Origin: Nanobdellota archaeon
GTDB taxonomy: Archaea > Nanobdellota > Nanobdellia > Pacearchaeales > GW2011-AR1
Direction: 5' to 3'
DNA: 64,000 nt
Assembly: GCA_038045945.1 (NCBI GenBank)
Contig: JBBSXC010000003.1
Location: 96,001 to 160,000 of the forward strand
The notes under the pieces are model-generated. The model saw only the letters and a list, made by a program, of their open reading frames with translations, ran no database searches and was not told where the DNA came from. Both the position numbers and the translations under genes were made by a program. Every line of letters begins with the position of its first letter. Position 1 is the first letter of the stretch. Of this stretch, positions 1 to 9,526 are shown in pieces.

Positions 1-2
1 TG

Positions 3-350
3 AAAACTCCACCAATAAGCAGTAACCCCCCAGCGCCAAGCAGCAGCGGAGGAGGGGGCGGAGGCGGTGGAGGAGGCAGCGGAGGAGGAGGAAGTAGCTC
101 AAGAAATAGGAGTGCTAACATCACAAGCAATAACTCAGTAATTAATAACTCAATAAGTAATAATCAGAATAGTTCACAAAATAACAACACAGAAAGCGAA
201 GAAGCTAACAAAGCGCCCATAACTGGCGCAATTGTAGGAACAGGCACAAAAATAAAGAGAAATTTATGGTTAGGAACAATAATAATATCACTACTAGCAA
301 TAGGAATACTCATAAAAAGTCATTCTAAAAGCATAAAAAAGAAGAAGTAG
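3..350 (+). CDS. C-terminal part of a surface/secreted protein (Gly/Ser/Asn-rich linker, ITGAIVG motif, C-terminal TM anchor); 5' end outside window
   Basis: Frame 3 open from window edge: KTPPISSNPPAPSSSGGGGGGGGGGSGGGG...APITGAIVGTG...LWLGTIIISLLAIGILIK...KKKK* (TAG 348-350). Confidence 0.8.
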   Translation, partial: KTPPISSNPPAPSSSGGGGGGGGGGSGGGGSSSRNRSANITSNNSVINNSISNNQNSSQNNNTESEEANKAPITGAIVGTGTKIKRNLWLGTIIISLLAIGILIKSHSKSIKKKK

Positions 351-399
351 TAGCGCTATTTTAAAAAGGTTTAAAAGGATAAAAGTCATTATTAATTTT

Positions 400-1269
400 A
401 TGAAAAGAGCAGGAGCAATAATATTATTACTTGTTATAACAATATCACTATCATCAATGATTAGTGCTGTTTTTACAACACCAGTATGCGACTTAGACAT
501 ATCACTAGTTAATCAAGACCCAGCAGTAGCAACTCCAGGTGACTACCTAAAACTAGTATTCAAAGTTGATGGAATAAGCCAAGTAGAATGCGGAGACGTA
601 AAACTAAAACTAGCACCACAATTCCCAATAATACTTGAACAAGGAGACAGTGGAGAAAGATCATTAACGTCCGGCGGATTCGTAGCAAACTACGTTGATT
701 ACGCACTAGTACCTTACAGAATAATAATAGATAAAGACACACCAGACGGAGATAACGAAATACGGTTATCATACACGCAAGCAGGAGTAAGCGGAGAAAT
801 AAAAAAATTCTTCAACATAAGCGTAAAAAACCAAGTAGCAGACTTCGAAGTAACAGTTAAAGATTACGACTTAACAACTAACATAATAACTTTCGAAATA
901 CTTAACGTGGGAAAAAGCGACGCTGAAGCATTAACAGTTGATATAGAAAAACAAGAATCATTAGAACTTAAAGGAAACTCAAGAAACATTGTGGGAAGCT
1001 TAGACAAAAACGATGACACAACATTCACTTTCGAAGGAACACCACACAACGGACTTATAATGATGAACATTAAGTACAACGACGAAAACGGCTTTAGAAG
1101 AAACCTAGACGTTAAAGCAAAATATGATGAAAGCTTATACACTGGAAGAAAAAGAGATGAAAAAAAATCACCAATAGGAACAATAGTTGTAATAATACTA
1201 ATATTAGCTTTAGGATCATTCTTCATAATTAGAAGAGTAAGAAAGAAAAAACAAAAGAAAGCATTCTAA
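400..1269 (+). CDS. COG1361-like S-layer/Ig-domain membrane-anchored protein
   Basis: Signal peptide, LVNQDP..PGDY motif, NVGKSDAE motif, C-terminal TM plus basic tail; near MacB-type permeases. Confidence 0.7.
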   Translation: MKRAGAIILLLVITISLSSMISAVFTTPVCDLDISLVNQDPAVATPGDYLKLVFKVDGISQVECGDVKLKLAPQFPIILEQGDSGERSLTSGGFVANYVDYALVPYRIIIDKDTPDGDNEIRLSYTQAGVSGEIKKFFNISVKNQVADFEVTVKDYDLTTNIITFEILNVGKSDAEALTVDIEKQESLELKGNSRNIVGSLDKNDDTTFTFEGTPHNGLIMMNIKYNDENGFRRNLDVKAKYDESLYTGRKRDEKKSPIGTIVVIILILALGSFFIIRRVRKKKQKKAF

Positions 1270-1360
1270 AAAAACAACAAGTTTTATTAATCTAAGATAT
1301 CAACATTAACTATCTGAGGTGTTAGCATTTCAGAGGCTTATTCTGAAAAGGAAAAAATTA

Positions 1361-1960
1361 ATGAAACCAACACTACACATAGTACACCCATACACTTACA
1401 AAGTTAAAGGAGACACTTTACTAGGAGGACCATTCCCAGAATTTAGAGAAAGAGACGAAAAAATATCACTATTAGTAAGAAGAGCAATAAAAAATGGTAC
1501 AGTAATGAGGCATTACAGTAACCCTATGGTTTCAGGGGAAGGATTTTCAGAATTAGGATGCTTACTATTTGACCCATTATTCAAGTGGAGCGTGAATAAA
1601 AAAATAATTGATTTGACAACAAGCTCAGGAGTACCAATTTCTGATGTCAGACCTGAAAAAATAAGTCCAGAAGACTGGGAAATATGTAAAAGACATTGGA
1701 CTACAAAAAAAGAACTTGCGAGGATAGTTAGTGATTCATCACCAAACGTTTTTATTGGAGGATACTTAGAAAACTGCGTTACTAACGCAGTAGGATACCA
1801 CCAAAAAACTTTTAGGAAAAAAGGAGAAGTAGCTTATTATGTTCCAGAATTATGTGCAAGAAGCCCAGATAGTTCGTGGGATGAAATAAAACCAAAACTA
1901 GAAGCTCTGGACGCTAAAGAAATAAGTTTTGAAAAAGCTTTAGGATTATTCGTACCTTAA
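1361..1960 (+). CDS. Hypothetical protein, possibly degenerate cysteine-hydrolase fold
   Basis: ORF; FIGGYLENCV resembles the isochorismatase GxxxxxCV segment; start moved to ATG 1361. Confidence 0.45.
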   Translation: MKPTLHIVHPYTYKVKGDTLLGGPFPEFRERDEKISLLVRRAIKNGTVMRHYSNPMVSGEGFSELGCLLFDPLFKWSVNKKIIDLTTSSGVPISDVRPEKISPEDWEICKRHWTTKKELARIVSDSSPNVFIGGYLENCVTNAVGYHQKTFRKKGEVAYYVPELCARSPDSSWDEIKPKLEALDAKEISFEKALGLFVP

Positions 1961-3160
1961 AGCCTTAACAGTTACAATCTTAGCCGCTCTCATAGCAGGG
2001 AAGGCTCCGCTTATTGCGCCTATTAAGAATGAGAATAATAAGCAAGAGACTATAAGCCACCAAGGAATAGCAGCAGCGAGCAGGTTAGTGCCTAAAAAGT
2101 TCACAGCAATAAATTCTAAAGATTTAGCTAAAAATATTCCTAAGACTACACCTATTGCTCCACCAACTAGGCCGATCATACCAGCCTCAATAATAAAGAT
2201 AGTAAGAATAGAAGAGTTTCTAGCACCTATTGCTTTCATAACACCAATCTCTCTAGTTCTTTCAACAACAGAAGTATACATGGTGTTAGCAATACCTACA
2301 GCACCAACAACTAAAGAAATACCAGCAATACCCAAAAGGAAACCAGTAACAATAGACAAAATACTACCAAAACTCTTAAGTATTTCTTCAGGAGTCATAA
2401 TATTAAAATCCTGATTTTTTTCAGTAACACCCCTATACTGCCTAAGCCTCTTCTCAACCTTCAAAGCAACATCTTTAACATCAGCACCAGGACTAACCTG
2501 AACAGTTACGTAATCAACACGATCATCACTAATATTAAACAAATCCCTAGCAACACTGTCAGGCATGTAAATGTTTTTGTCATCCGCCGGATTACCAATT
2601 CTAGCCATTATCCCACGAACCTTAAACCTTTTATCATTAATCTTAATTGAATCACCAACTTTTACAGGAACAGTGAAAGCTTTACTATAAGAATAATCAT
2701 AACCCAGACCAACATCTGCCTCATCACCAACCATTAAAGCCCTACCATCTTTAACCTTAAACCCGCCAGACTCAAAATAAAGATCAGCTGTTTCCAAATC
2801 AATACCAATAACTATGTTAAACCTTACTTCATTATTAAACTCTAATTTTGCGTTACCAACAACCATGTAAGTAACCTTCTTCACTCCAGGAACCTTACCT
2901 ATTTGCTCGACATCATCAAGAGTGAAGTGAGCACCAGTATCAGTCCCAGGAGGGCCATTATTACCACCAGCACTAACAAAAAACTTGTCAGTGCCCAATT
3001 GACGGAACTGTTCCGTAACAGCATTCTGCAAACCTAAAGACAAACTAATAAGAATAAAAATTGTTGCAATAGAAATAAAAATACCAATCATAGTAAGCCA
3101 TGAACGAACCTTCCTACGCTTAAGATTATTAGTAGCTAAAAAAAAGTAGTCTTCAATCAT
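1946..3160 (-). CDS. ABC transporter permease, MacB/FtsX family
   Basis: RSWLTMIGIFI N-term, large extracellular loop, GIANTMYTSVVERTREIGVMKAIGA, ALRYE end. Confidence 0.92.
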   Translation of the reverse strand: MIEDYFFLATNNLKRRKVRSWLTMIGIFISIATIFILISLSLGLQNAVTEQFRQLGTDKFFVSAGGNNGPPGTDTGAHFTLDDVEQIGKVPGVKKVTYMVVGNAKLEFNNEVRFNIVIGIDLETADLYFESGGFKVKDGRALMVGDEADVGLGYDYSYSKAFTVPVKVGDSIKINDKRFKVRGIMARIGNPADDKNIYMPDSVARDLFNISDDRVDYVTVQVSPGADVKDVALKVEKRLRQYRGVTEKNQDFNIMTPEEILKSFGSILSIVTGFLLGIAGISLVVGAVGIANTMYTSVVERTREIGVMKAIGARNSSILTIFIIEAGMIGLVGGAIGVVLGIFLAKSLEFIAVNFLGTNLLAAAIPWWLIVSCLLFSFLIGAISGAFPAMRAAKIVTVKALRYE

Positions 3161-4374
3161 GATCTTAAAGCCTCCACAGGACTCATCCTAGAAGCCTGTA
3201 TTGATGGAACTATACCAGCAAGTATACCAATAACAAAGGCGAAAAGAGCAGAAAAAATAAGCAAAGGAAAGGATATTTTAACACCAAGATTAAGTCCTGG
3301 CAAAAGAGCCCTAACAGCAGCTGAAGCAGTAATAGCGATTAATAAACCAACAATAGCACCGACAACACCTCCAACAAAACCCATAAGTCCTGATTCAATA
3401 ACAAAAATCTTTATTATATCAGAATTCTTAGCACCAATAGCTTTCATAACACCAATCTCCCGCTTACGCTCAAGAACAGAAGTATATAAAGTGTTAGAAA
3501 TACCAATACCACCAATAAGCAAAGAAATAGTAGCAATACCAACAATAACCAAGTTGATCATGTTAAGAATAGTATTAATAGAACTTAGTGCTTGTTCAGG
3601 AGTCTGAACAGAAAAATCTTCCTTACCCTCTTCCAGCCCCCTATCATCTCTCATAGCATTCCTAATATTATCAGAAACAACTTTGGTCTTATCTTTATCA
3701 CTAACCTGAACAGCAATCAAGTCATGCTCATCACCAAGACTTAATAGTTCCCTCATATCGCTCTCACTCATAAGAACAACAGAATTAACAGTAAAAGTAC
3801 TAGCTCTCTTTAATACACCAACAACATCAAACATTTTACCAGAAATATTAACAGATTTACCAACACTTATCTTTTTATCAAACTTATCATAAGCAATAAA
3901 GTCATTACCCAAAACCACTTTACCACGATCATTACCAGATATTAGCCTACCCTGCTCAACAATAATAGTAAAACTATCATAAATAAAATCTTCACCGCGC
4001 TTATCCTTAGGAATAGAAGCAAGATAAGAAAAAGTCCCAATCTCATTATACTCAAACTTTACAGTCCTAATAACCCTAGGAACAACCAAAGAAACATCAG
4101 AAACACTCCTAATAACCTGCACATCATGATCATTAAGCTTCTTAATAACAGTAGAACCCGGAGGACCAAAACCAGTCTCAGCATTCTGAACAACAAGCCT
4201 ATCAGGAGCAAGATCAGAAAACTGACCAGTAACAGCTAGTCGTAAACCATCACCTAAAGAAATAAGAGAAACAACAGCAGCAATACCAATCATAACACCA
4301 AGTATAGTAAGCCAAGAACGAAGACCCCTATGCTTAACAGACTTAAAAGCAAGAATAAAATAATCACCAATCAT
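3157..4374 (-). CDS. ABC transporter permease, MacB/FtsX family (paralog)
   Basis: RSWLTILGVMIGIAAVV, GISNTLYTSVLERKREIGVMKAIGA, PVEALR; 4-nt overlap with paralog. Confidence 0.92.
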   Translation of the reverse strand: MIGDYFILAFKSVKHRGLRSWLTILGVMIGIAAVVSLISLGDGLRLAVTGQFSDLAPDRLVVQNAETGFGPPGSTVIKKLNDHDVQVIRSVSDVSLVVPRVIRTVKFEYNEIGTFSYLASIPKDKRGEDFIYDSFTIIVEQGRLISGNDRGKVVLGNDFIAYDKFDKKISVGKSVNISGKMFDVVGVLKRASTFTVNSVVLMSESDMRELLSLGDEHDLIAVQVSDKDKTKVVSDNIRNAMRDDRGLEEGKEDFSVQTPEQALSSINTILNMINLVIVGIATISLLIGGIGISNTLYTSVLERKREIGVMKAIGAKNSDIIKIFVIESGLMGFVGGVVGAIVGLLIAITASAAVRALLPGLNLGVKISFPLLIFSALFAFVIGILAGIVPSIQASRMSPVEALRS

Positions 4375-4428
4375 AAAAAAGGATAATCATCAAGCCTTAA
4401 AAATCTAATCAAAAAAGAAAATAAAGCC

Positions 4429-4722
4429 TTATTCAGACTTACTAGAATCATAACGATAACCCATGTTCTTCAAATCAGACTTATAAAGTTCAGAAACACG
4501 CCTAAGATCATGACTTATAGAACCAGAATTAGCAACACTCCCATCAGGACTAACAAAAAACTTATCAACATCAGCCTTATCATGAACAATCTTTTCTAAA
4601 CCACTAAAAAGAAAAATAATAGAACCAACACCAAAAGCTAAAAGAACAGATTTAGCAATAGAAGAGATAGCAAGATCATAAACCTCACTAAAACCATAAG
4701 AGTCGCCACACTTATTTACCAT
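4429..4722 (-). CDS. Hypothetical membrane protein
   Basis: ORF with one TM segment and upstream TATA. Confidence 0.6.
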   Translation of the reverse strand: MVNKCGDSYGFSEVYDLAISSIAKSVLLAFGVGSIIFLFSGLEKIVHDKADVDKFFVSPDGSVANSGSISHDLRRVSELYKSDLKNMGYRYDSSKSE

Positions 4723-4796
4723 AAAACAAAAGCTATTTCAAAGTATTTAAAACTTACTACTTGTAACTACTAAAGAATAACACATATTAATTGATT

Positions 4797-5375
4797 TTAC
4801 ATTCCTTTCTTCTTTTTTAACAAATCAATAATTTTTGGTGAAACAGAGGGCTTTCCATCAATAAGAGGATAACGATAAGGGAGAATTATTGATTCTACAT
4901 CATTAATCCTAACTTCCAACCTATCGCGAAATTTTAGTTCACCAAAAACTTTTTTGTTATTAACAATTTTGTTAACAACCCACACCGCATTATCGGTTGA
5001 TAATTGTTTATCACCAATATTACGAATATCAGCATCTGGCAAAAACTGCGTTAGTTCCTTATTAGTACGCTTCTTAGGAGGATAATCACCTAAGATGCCG
5101 CCAAAAACAAAAAATTTGAATTTTGCGGAATCATCAGGACTCAAGAGTTGATCAGCTTGAGGATCAAGAACACAAGAATAATTAAGACTCATCTTACTAA
5201 CAGAATCCTTAAACACTTTACCAAACTTAGAAATTTTAGACCTATCAGTTTTTGACTTAACATTTGTTAACCACAAATTATCCTTTCCAACAATTGAAGA
5301 AATTCTCTCATACTCAATAAGAACCCACTTAGAAACTCGCGGTTCCAAATGCTCAATAACAAATACGGCACTCAT
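4797..5375 (-). CDS. SPOUT-class SAM-dependent methyltransferase, Sfm1/DUF431-like
   Basis: VIEHLE..WVLIEY, LDP, FVFGGILGDYPP, QLSTDNAV, LPYRY motifs. Confidence 0.85.
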   Translation of the reverse strand: MSAVFVIEHLEPRVSKWVLIEYERISSIVGKDNLWLTNVKSKTDRSKISKFGKVFKDSVSKMSLNYSCVLDPQADQLLSPDDSAKFKFFVFGGILGDYPPKKRTNKELTQFLPDADIRNIGDKQLSTDNAVWVVNKIVNNKKVFGELKFRDRLEVRINDVESIILPYRYPLIDGKPSVSPKIIDLLKKKKGM

Positions 5376-5623
5376 CTTTTAGCCCTTATACTAGCTAAGT
5401 AATCACTCTTACTAACACCATTCTTAGGAACAACGTAAACTTTTGAACCTATCTGCAATCTATCACCAGGCATAACAAAACTCCTTATCTCTCCATCAGG
5501 ACCACCAATGATTAATCCACCACTATGAGAAGAATAATTTAGTCCGCCAGCAATCTCACCATTAAGAGTCGTAACCAGGCCTATCTTACCTTCAAGATCA
5601 TTAACAGTCAATACTGAAACCAT
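5372..5623 (-). CDS. Hypothetical protein
   Basis: ORF overlapping methyltransferase start by 4 nt; upstream TATA. Confidence 0.6.
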   Translation of the reverse strand: MVSVLTVNDLEGKIGLVTTLNGEIAGGLNYSSHSGGLIIGGPDGEIRSFVMPGDRLQIGSKVYVVPKNGVSKSDYLASIRAKR

Positions 5624-5669
5624 AAAAATAACAACAAAAACACTATTTTTATACTTTATTAATAATAAG

Positions 5670-5819
5670 TTACTTTCTTTTCTTCTTAGAACCAGACTTC
5701 TTCCTTAAAGACTTAATAACTTTTTTAACAGTTTTCTTTTTACCTTTAAACAATTTCATAAACTTCTTAATTTTAGAATGCCTAGTCTTTTTCTTATTAC
5801 GCTTAACTCTTTTTGCCAT
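5670..5819 (-). CDS. 49-aa very basic (Lys/Arg-rich) peptide
   Basis: MAKRVKRNKKKTRHSKIKK...KKKRK; 27 of 49 residues K/R, no acidic residue; ATG at 5819. Confidence 0.65.
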   Translation of the reverse strand: MAKRVKRNKKKTRHSKIKKFMKLFKGKKKTVKKVIKSLRKKSGSKKKRK

Positions 5820-5839
5820 TGTTCTTTTTTTGATTTTAA

Positions 5840-6070
5840 AGAGCTGACGATCTGGACTCAGTGAGGAGTGCCTCAACCGGTTCGGATTAATGTGCTTAAC
5901 CTCTCCGCCAGTTATTAAAGGTTATCTCCGTCGTGCTTGTGATGTGCTTAATGAGTACAGGTTTCATAAAGCGAGTTATAGTCCAGTCGCTAAATTAATT
6001 GTTAGCACCCAACATAGGCTTATACAAGTACATCCTTTCCAGGACAACTGATTTATCCCCAGTCAGCTCT
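5840..6070 (-). ncRNA. Putative structured non-coding RNA of unrecognised family (~230 nt)
   Basis: 9-bp terminal helix AGAGCTGAC/GTCAGCTCT, several internal hairpins with G-U pairs favouring the minus strand, TATAAATA 30 nt upstream, no credible ORF. Confidence 0.65.
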
Positions 6071-6092
6071 AAAATAATTCAAGACTAAGAAG

Positions 6093-6100
6093 TATTTATA
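6093..6100 (-). promoter_or_regulatory. TATA box for the putative ncRNA
   Basis: TATAAATA on minus strand; first T is 30 nt from the terminal helix, the same spacing as TATA-to-ATG in leaderless genes here. Confidence 0.6.
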
Positions 6101-6177
6101 GTTGACTTACCACTAAAGAATTACTAGAAAAAGGGCTTTTTGACAAAACTTAAAAACCTGCGATTAGTAAATAATTC

Positions 6178-7404
6178 ATGAGAAGACACCTAACACCAGT
6201 AGGAACAGGAGTTAGCCTAGGATCAATGATCGTACCTAACGAATTCTTAGCAGGACTAGAAGTAGTTGACTTCAAAAAAGGAGCACTAAACCCCGGTGAA
6301 ATAAGCACTCTAACAGTTGAAATAATGCAAAAAGCAAGCGGGGGCGACATGAGCAAAGACGGAAAAGGAGAACTAAAGGGAGATGGAATAGGAATAAAAT
6401 CAAGAAGATGGCTAAGACCCGTAGGAAAAAAAGAAGAACTAAAAGATTTAGCAATTAAAGCAGCAATTAAAGCAGTAGAAAGCACAGGAATGGACCCTAA
6501 AGAATACTTATCAGAATTAAAAGTAATAATGTCAGCCCACGAAAGCAGGATACCAAAATACCCAACACTAGCACAAAGAGTACAAGAAGGACTAACAGAA
6601 CATTATGGAATAAAACTAAACATTGATTACGCACAAAACACATCTTTTGCTTGTGCAGGATTCCCAATAACACTACTAACAGCAAACGCATTAGTAAGAG
6701 CAGGAGAAGTAAACGGTAACGTATTAGTAGTTGGAGCAGAAGACGTTAAAGGCCTGGTAAGAAAAACAAAGGAAGGAAGATACGACGTGAGCATTTACTT
6801 ATTCGGAGTTGGAGCAGCAGCGATGGCATCAAAAACAACAACAGAAGAACACGGAGCACAAACACCAGGATACGTCAAAAGCATGCCCTACATGTCAGAA
6901 GTAGAAAGAAAGGCAAGAATGAGCAATAGTGCAGCATTATATGACGATGTTGACACACACATAACAATGGCTGATGGAGCATTAGTAAAATCAGGAGCAA
7001 TAGACTACATGAGAAGATCAATTATTGATCAAATAAAGAAACACAACCCTAAAGGAGAGAGAAGAGTAGTTGTTTGCCCACACCAAGCTAACGGAAGAAT
7101 CAACGGACCACTAGAAAGAGATTTAAGAAGAGAAGGAATACTAAGAATTACAGACTTATACTACGCTTCCGGACTAGAAGATAATGGGAACATATCAGTA
7201 CCAGCATGCCTAACAGGATTTGACTCTATGGTAAGAGGACAAGACTACCAAAGAAGAGCAGTTAGAGAAGGACAAATACTGCCTAACGACCTAGTAATAA
7301 TAACAGCAGTAGGAGCAGGGATGAGCGGATCAGCAGCATCAATAATAATGCCGCCAAAAGCATTAGCTTACATGCCAGAAATGGTAAGAAGACAATACTC
7401 ATAA
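6178..7404 (+). CDS. fabH: 3-oxoacyl-ACP synthase III (FabH)-like condensing enzyme, divergent
   Basis: GIKSRR, FACAGF (Cys), VLVVGAE, FGVGAAA, HQANGRI (His), GNIS (Asn), AVGAGM. Confidence 0.8.
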   Translation: MRRHLTPVGTGVSLGSMIVPNEFLAGLEVVDFKKGALNPGEISTLTVEIMQKASGGDMSKDGKGELKGDGIGIKSRRWLRPVGKKEELKDLAIKAAIKAVESTGMDPKEYLSELKVIMSAHESRIPKYPTLAQRVQEGLTEHYGIKLNIDYAQNTSFACAGFPITLLTANALVRAGEVNGNVLVVGAEDVKGLVRKTKEGRYDVSIYLFGVGAAAMASKTTTEEHGAQTPGYVKSMPYMSEVERKARMSNSAALYDDVDTHITMADGALVKSGAIDYMRRSIIDQIKKHNPKGERRVVVCPHQANGRINGPLERDLRREGILRITDLYYASGLEDNGNISVPACLTGFDSMVRGQDYQRRAVREGQILPNDLVIITAVGAGMSGSAASIIMPPKALAYMPEMVRRQYS

Positions 7405-7455
7405 AAAAACATTTTTGAGTAAGTTTATTAAGTAAATCTAAGTTTTAAAATAATT

Positions 7456-8142
7456 ATGAAAGAGGACAAAACTGATAAGCGCTGGCTTTACGCAGGAATA
7501 ATATTCTTGTTATTATTCGTACTAACAACTACCAGTGTAACTAAAGGATTATTTTCGGAAATTGATAAATTAACAATAGAAAGAGTATCACTATACCACA
7601 CAAACTTTTTAACATCACTATTCATAATTTATCATTATGCATTCAAAACATCAACATTAGTAATAATAACACTGTTAATGTCAGCAACATTTTATTTACT
7701 TAAAAAGAAGAAAGAAGCAATAACTTTTGCTGGGATAATGATAATTGATGCATTAGCATTATACTTGACAAAAACATTCACTAATATAATAAGACCACTA
7801 GGAAGCATCGTTACAGAATCAACATTATCATTCCCTAGCGGTCACACTACAAGCGCAATAGTATTCATAGGATTATCAACCTACATGTCAATAAAGTACC
7901 TAAGAGGAGAATGGTCTAAAACAAGAATACCATTAGTCTTAGAAATGATAGCACTAAGCATATTCGTAGCTTACTCAAGATTATACCTAGGAATACACTG
8001 GTTTAGCGACATAATAGGAGGAACATTCCTAGGACTCACAATACTATCAATAGGAATATTTATACTAGAAGAAGAAAACATAGGAAAAAAGTTATCACAA
8101 AAAACAAATACGCTTAGAAAGAAAATAATAAGCCATCAATAA
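7456..8142 (+). CDS. PAP2-family membrane phosphatase
   Basis: K...RP, SFPSGH, SRLYLGIHWFSD motifs; multiple TMs. Confidence 0.9.
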   Translation: MKEDKTDKRWLYAGIIFLLLFVLTTTSVTKGLFSEIDKLTIERVSLYHTNFLTSLFIIYHYAFKTSTLVIITLLMSATFYLLKKKKEAITFAGIMIIDALALYLTKTFTNIIRPLGSIVTESTLSFPSGHTTSAIVFIGLSTYMSIKYLRGEWSKTRIPLVLEMIALSIFVAYSRLYLGIHWFSDIIGGTFLGLTILSIGIFILEEENIGKKLSQKTNTLRKKIISHQ

Positions 8143-8499
8143 CCTTAAGGGGAAACTAGTATTTTTCTTAAAAATCATTTCTCTAGGAAAAAAATATGAA
8201 GCTTTTTGCCCATCAATAAGCTTATGAGAAGGATGATTACGACCAATATTCACCCTAAAAACATAAAACCTTTTAAAAAATAAAGAAAAACAAAAAAATA
8301 GGTTAGGAGTTGATGAAAGCTTAAGCTTATACTCCTCTAAAAGTTCCCTCTTCAAAGCAATAAGAGGTTTCTCTCCTTTTCTTAAATGACCGCCAAAAAG
8401 ACCCCACTTAGAAGGAAAAGTATCATCATCCTTAGAACGAAGCTGAAAAAGACACTTATGGTCACTCCTTTCTATAATAACACCAGCATAATCAGACAT
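8095..8499 (-). CDS. NUDIX hydrolase
   Basis: QLR..., WGLFGGH..GE.P..ALKRELLEE Nudix box. Confidence 0.85.
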   Translation of the reverse strand: MSDYAGVIIERSDHKCLFQLRSKDDDTFPSKWGLFGGHLRKGEKPLIALKRELLEEYKLKLSSTPNLFFCFSLFFKRFYVFRVNIGRNHPSHKLIDGQKASYFFPREMIFKKNTSFPLRLLMAYYFLSKRICFL

Positions 8500-8560
8500 A
8501 GAAATAAAACATTAATATTAGTATAATAAACCTTTTATACCAAATTTTTGTTAATAATGA

Positions 8561-8962
8561 ATGAAAACAGAATGGACACATGGAGGAAGAAGGGAAGTAA
8601 GTAATAAACCAAAAAAAGGGTATGATACCCCACAGTCTCTAGAAGGATGGGACTATGTTCTAGCCAGAGACGGAGAAACAGTACTATGCGCTTATAACCC
8701 CCAAATGCAAGAATTAAGAGTTAATAATGACACAGACAACGATTTAGGAGAAATAATTGCGGACTTAGATGAAAGACCAGGATGCGCAGACTTTTTAGTA
8801 TCATTATTAAGTTTAAGAAGACCAGAACCAACTTTTGAAAGAGAATTCGGAGTAACAATCGATGAAAGACTATACTCTAGAGACGGAAGACTAGTAAAAG
8901 CAGGAGTACTAAAACCAGAACAAAAACAATTAGTAAGAAGTGGAGGAATAACAACTGATTAA
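8561..8962 (+). CDS. Hypothetical protein
   Basis: ORF with upstream TATA and strand-typical codon use. Confidence 0.6.
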   Translation: MKTEWTHGGRREVSNKPKKGYDTPQSLEGWDYVLARDGETVLCAYNPQMQELRVNNDTDNDLGEIIADLDERPGCADFLVSLLSLRRPEPTFEREFGVTIDERLYSRDGRLVKAGVLKPEQKQLVRSGGITTD

Positions 8963-8964
8963 CA

Positions 8965-9441
8965 ATGAAGATAATAAGTCCAGCATTCACACATGGAGAA
9001 GAAATGCCAACAAAGTACACAGTAGAAGGAGAAAACATTTCACCACCACTAATAATAAGCGAAGTACCGCAAGGAGCAGCATCATTACTACTAATAGTTT
9101 ATGACCCTGATATACCAAAATACGTAAAAGAAAGGTTTAGCATAAAAGAATGGACTCATTGGGTATTATTCAATATTGACCCAAAAACTATGGAAATACC
9201 CGAAGGTATAGAACCACACTCACATCTTGCTAATCAAGGAATGAACACTAACGGAAAAGCAGGATGGGGAGGACCAAACCCGCCAGACGGAAGACACAGA
9301 TACGCATTTAGACTATACGCACTAAACAAAAAAATATTGATGAATGACGGAGCAACAAGAGAAGGAATAGAAAAAGCAATGGCCAGCAGCGTAATAGCAC
9401 AAACAGAAATGATGGGAACTTATGAAAAACGCAATAAGTAA
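8965..9441 (+). CDS. YbhB/YbcL (PEBP/Raf kinase inhibitor-like) protein
   Basis: NISPPL, DPD, WTHWVLFNI, GPNPPDG.HRY.F.LYAL. Confidence 0.92.
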   Translation: MKIISPAFTHGEEMPTKYTVEGENISPPLIISEVPQGAASLLLIVYDPDIPKYVKERFSIKEWTHWVLFNIDPKTMEIPEGIEPHSHLANQGMNTNGKAGWGGPNPPDGRHRYAFRLYALNKKILMNDGATREGIEKAMASSVIAQTEMMGTYEKRNK

Positions 9442-9526
9442 GACGTTTTTCAACTATAAAAATTCAAAGACAAGAATTTTTACACTAAGACAAGAAAAAC
9501 AAATAAAGTTATTAAATTCTTAAAAA

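Noticed and set aside
40-100. GGA/GGC-rich repeat
   Set aside because: Encodes a poly-Gly/Ser linker in a surface protein
5840-6070. Calling the RNA RNase P, SRP or a group I intron
   Set aside because: Only fragments resemble them (GGAAAG, UGAAAC, GGCTTATA, ATAGTCC) and not in the right order or strand; left unassigned pending a covariance search
4769-6121. ACTAAAGAAT repeated upstream of two minus-strand promoters (4769 and 6112)
   Set aside because: Short AT-rich match with different spacing to the TATA box; could be chance
6140-6145. TTGACA resembling a bacterial -35 box before fabH
   Set aside because: No properly spaced -10; an archaeal TATA at the usual distance explains the promoter
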